From Prorocentrum cordatum (lineage: Eukaryota): a DNA stretch of 64,000 nucleotides. Below, one piece after another: positions 61,003 through 64,000 of the stretch. Numbering within the stretch: the first letter of the stretch is position 1; every line of letters begins with the position of its first letter. The stretch is taken from the NCBI GenBank assembly GCA_963575745.1, contig CAUYUJ010000015.1:62001-126000 (forward strand), written 5' to 3'. Both the position numbers and the translations under genes were made by a program. The notes under the pieces were generated by a model. It was not told where the DNA came from. It searched no databases and saw nothing but the letters and a program-made list of their open reading frames with translations.

Positions 61003-61125
61003 ATCCCTCCCTCCCTTTCTCTGCCCTCTTTCGCTTTTCTGTCTTTCCGTGAGGATTCCCTCGCTCGACAGCCACTTGTATGCTGTCGTGTCCTCTGTGA
61101 ATATGCATTCACGAGCGTCTACTTC

Positions 61126-61239
61126 GGGAATCTCCGAGCGCGTCTGGTGGCCTACGCCTTCGCCCTACCGATCGAAGGTTATCGCCTTGGCTCCAGACAC
61201 GATAAAACAGTGTACTGGCGATCTTGGGAGTCTGCGGTC

Positions 61240-61248
<9 letters not shown>
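61126..61248 (+). repeat. Split direct repeat B2 (right terminus of DIRS element)
   Basis: gggaatctccgagcgcgtctgg...ctaaatctct matches 60798-60920 and runs into (CT)n(AT)n. Confidence 0.95.
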
Positions 61249-61296
<48 letters not shown>

Positions 61297-62356
61297 GTAT
61301 CGGAGGTGAGGGGTGAGATCGACGTGGAACGGAGAGCCCCCCACCGGGAAATCGGTTTCGGTGTCGTGTTCGTGTCGTGCGTGCGGGCGAGGCGAAGCTG
61401 CGTGGGCGGGCGAGAGGAATTCACTCTGCTGTCGCTAGGGGTCCGCCAACACAAAGATTTCCCCCCCGGCCTTGTCAAGCGGGGGCCCGCATTGTCCCGT
61501 CGGTGGCTCGCCGTTGTCCCGTCGGTGTCCCGTCGGTGTCCCGTCGGTGTCCTGTCGTGAGATCGATAGTGAGATCGACTGTGAGAACGATCGTGAGATC
61601 GATAGTGAGAGCGATGGTGAGATCGATAGTGAGATCGATAGTGAGACCGAATGTGAGATCGATTGTGAGATCGATTGTGATATCGATTGAGATCGACAGT
61701 GAGACCGAATGTGAGATCGATAGTGAGATCGACAGTGAGATATATCGTGAGATCCATAGTCTGATAGTGGGATCGATAATGAGATCGATGGTGAGATCGA
61801 TAGTGAGATAGAGCGCGCTCGTGGGGCCCAAAGGGGGGGCCCAGCTTGAAGCTACCCCCCTCCCCCCTTCCTTGCTAAAGGGGGGGGGGCTTCGGAAGCC
61901 CCCCCCCCTCCCCCCCTTTTCGTGGTTCGGAAAGGGGGGGGGGGCTTCCAAGCTACCCCCCCCTCCCTCCCTCTAGTTGAGCCGGGGTGAGCCACCCCCC
62001 CCCCTTTGAAAGGGCGGGGGCTTCGGAAGCTACCCCCCCCCCCTCCCTTTTCCTGGCCGGAAAGGGGGGAGGGGGCTTCCAAGCTACCCCCCCCCCTCCC
62101 TCCTTTTAATGGAGCTGGGGTGAGCCACACCCCCGCTTTGAAAGGGGGGGGCTTTGGAAGCCCCCCCCCCTCCCTCCCTTGGTGCAAAAGGGGGGGCTTG
62201 AAGCCCCCCCCTCCCTTCCCCCCTTTGGCCGCCCAGCTCCCGGAGCCATCGCCCTCCCTTTCGCCTCCATTTATTCCCGCCCCTCTCCCTCCTCCTCTTC
62301 TTCCTTTTGCCTCCTCCTCTTCCTCGTCCTCCTCATCCTCCTCATAGTCATCATCG

Positions 62357-62445
<89 letters not shown>

Positions 62446-63137
62446 GTACTCCCCCGCGGGTCCTTCCGTTCCGTTCCTCCTCCTCCTCCTCCTCGGTTTT
62501 CTTCCTCCTCCTCCATTTTTCCCTCCTCCTCCTCCTCGTCTCCTCCTCATCATCATCCTCTTCCTCCTCCTCCTCCTCCTCGTTATCCTCCTTCCTTTCC
62601 CCATCCTCCTCCTCCTCCTCCTCCTCCTCCTCCTCCTCCTCCCTCTCCTCCTCCTCCCCTCCTCCTCCTCCTCCTCCTCCTCCTCCTCCTCCTCCTCCTC
62701 CTCCTCCTCCTCCTCCTCCTCCTCCTCCCTCCTCCTCCTCCCTCCCCCCTCCTCCTCCTCCTCCTCCTCCTCCTCCTCCTCCTCCTCCTCCTCCTCTTTC
62801 CTCCTTCTCCTCCCCCCCCCCCCTCCTCATTCTTCCGCTCCTCCTCCTCCTCCTCCTCCCTCCTCCTCCTCCTCCTCCTCCTCCTCCTCCTCCTCCTCCT
62901 CCTCCTCCGCCTCCCCCATCCTCCGCCTCCTCCTCCCCCAGCTGGCCGCCGTCTTACACGAACACTGCCAAACCCGACGGGCTGGCGTTCTCCGAATTAC
63001 ACTTCGTGCAACTTTCGGGGGGGAATAGTATTTTCCCCAACCCTCCTTGGTTGGGTATTCGTTTTGAATAGAGCAGTGTGGTCTCCACTTCCTCCTTCCC
63101 GTCCCGTCTCCCTCTTGCCTCCTCCTGTCTTGCCTGC

Positions 63138-63856
63138 GGGGGCTGCGATCTGTGAAACTGTCGCCACTTTCGAAGCTTGCTGGGGGGCCCAGCACAGTGA
63201 CGCCACGGGCGGATCCAAATTAGACCTCGCCATCCCTGGGGGGCTGCGATCTGTGAAACTGTCGCCACTTTCGAGGCCTGCTGGGGGGCCCAGCACAGTG
63301 ACGCCACGGGCGGACCAAATTAGACCTCGCCATCCCTGGGGGGCTGCGATCTGTGAAACTGTCGCCACTTTCGAGGCCTGCTGGGGGGCCCAGCACAGTG
63401 ACGCCACGGCGGACCCAAATTAGACCTCGCCATCCCTGGGGGGCTGCGATCTGTGAAACTGTCGCCACTTTCGAGGCCTGCTGGGGGGCCCAGCACAGTG
63501 ACGCCACGGGCGGACCCAAATTAGACCTCGCCATCCCTGGGGGGCTGCGATCTGTGAAACTGTCGCCACTTTCGAGGCCTGCTGGGGGGCCCAGCACAGT
63601 GACGCCACGGGCGGACCCAAATTAGACCTCGCCATCCCTGGGGGGCTGCGATCTGTGAAACTGTCGCCACTTTCGAGGCCTGCTGGGGGGCCCAGCACAG
63701 TGACGCCACGCGCGGACCCAAATAGACCTCGCCATCCCTGGGGGGCTGCGATCTGTGAAACTGTCGCCACTTTCGAGGCCTGCTGGGGGGCCCAGCACAG
63801 TGACGCCACGCGCGGACCCAAATTAGACCTCGCCATCCCTGGGGGGCTGCGATCTG
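63138..63856. repeat. Near-identical tandem repeat, ~101-bp unit, ~7 copies
   Basis: gggggctgcgatctgtgaaactgtcgccactttcgaggcc...tagacctcgccatccctg repeated head-to-tail. Confidence 0.95.
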
Positions 63857-64000
63857 AGATCCCCGCTTTCGAAGTGGCTAGGGTTGCTCAGGGATTGCAG
63901 CTAATTGCCATTATCTAGTCCTTGTCCTGAAGCCAGTGTCCTGCGAGTCTCCCGAATTCCGTCTGCAGACATATGTAACCCTCGCTCCGTCATCGCCCCC

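Larger units (their letters stand above)
54817..61248 (+). mobile_element. DIRS-order (tyrosine recombinase) retrotransposon with split direct repeats, carrying a C5 DNA methyltransferase; structurally complete but inactivated
   Basis: Repeat A at 54817-54898 and 60921-61002 (82 bp, 1 mismatch); repeat B at 60798-60920 and 61126-61248 (123 bp, 3 mismatches). Order is A1-ORFs-B1A2-spacer-B2. Internal ORFs carry gag-like, RT, RNase H, YR and DNMT motifs. No TSD seen. Confidence 0.92.

Noticed and set aside
63138..63856. Possible CRISPR array
   Set aside because: Units are near-identical over their whole length with no unique spacers, and no cas genes are present. It is a plain tandem repeat.

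Overview
This is GC-rich, repeat-dominated eukaryotic DNA, almost certainly from a dinoflagellate nuclear genome. The evidence is a perfect 22-nt dinoflagellate spliced leader (TCCGTAGCCATTTTGGCTCAAG) plus two SL relics. Most ORF-track entries are artefacts of microsatellites. The main contents are: (1) a structurally complete ~6.4-kb tyrosine-recombinase (DIRS-order) retrotransposon at 54817-61248 with split direct repeats A1...B1-A2...B2, carrying a small Cys-rich/transmembrane ORF0, gag-like, RT-RNase H, an internally deleted YR and a C5 cytosine DNA methyltransferase; (2) an older relative at ~7.1-11.9 kb that shares ORF0/gag/RT/RH/YR; (3) a full-length processed retrogene (SL + intronless 4x RanBP2-like zinc-finger ORF + poly(A) + 16-bp TSD); (4) a second SL-headed ORF; (5) a probable LTR-retrotransposon 5' end whose LTR contains an SL relic; (6) several LINE fragments, one with a 15-bp TSD and (TA)n tail; (7) MITE-like and foldback elements, satellites, and a few candidate host exons. 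All protein calls come from motif recognition by eye; no database search was run.
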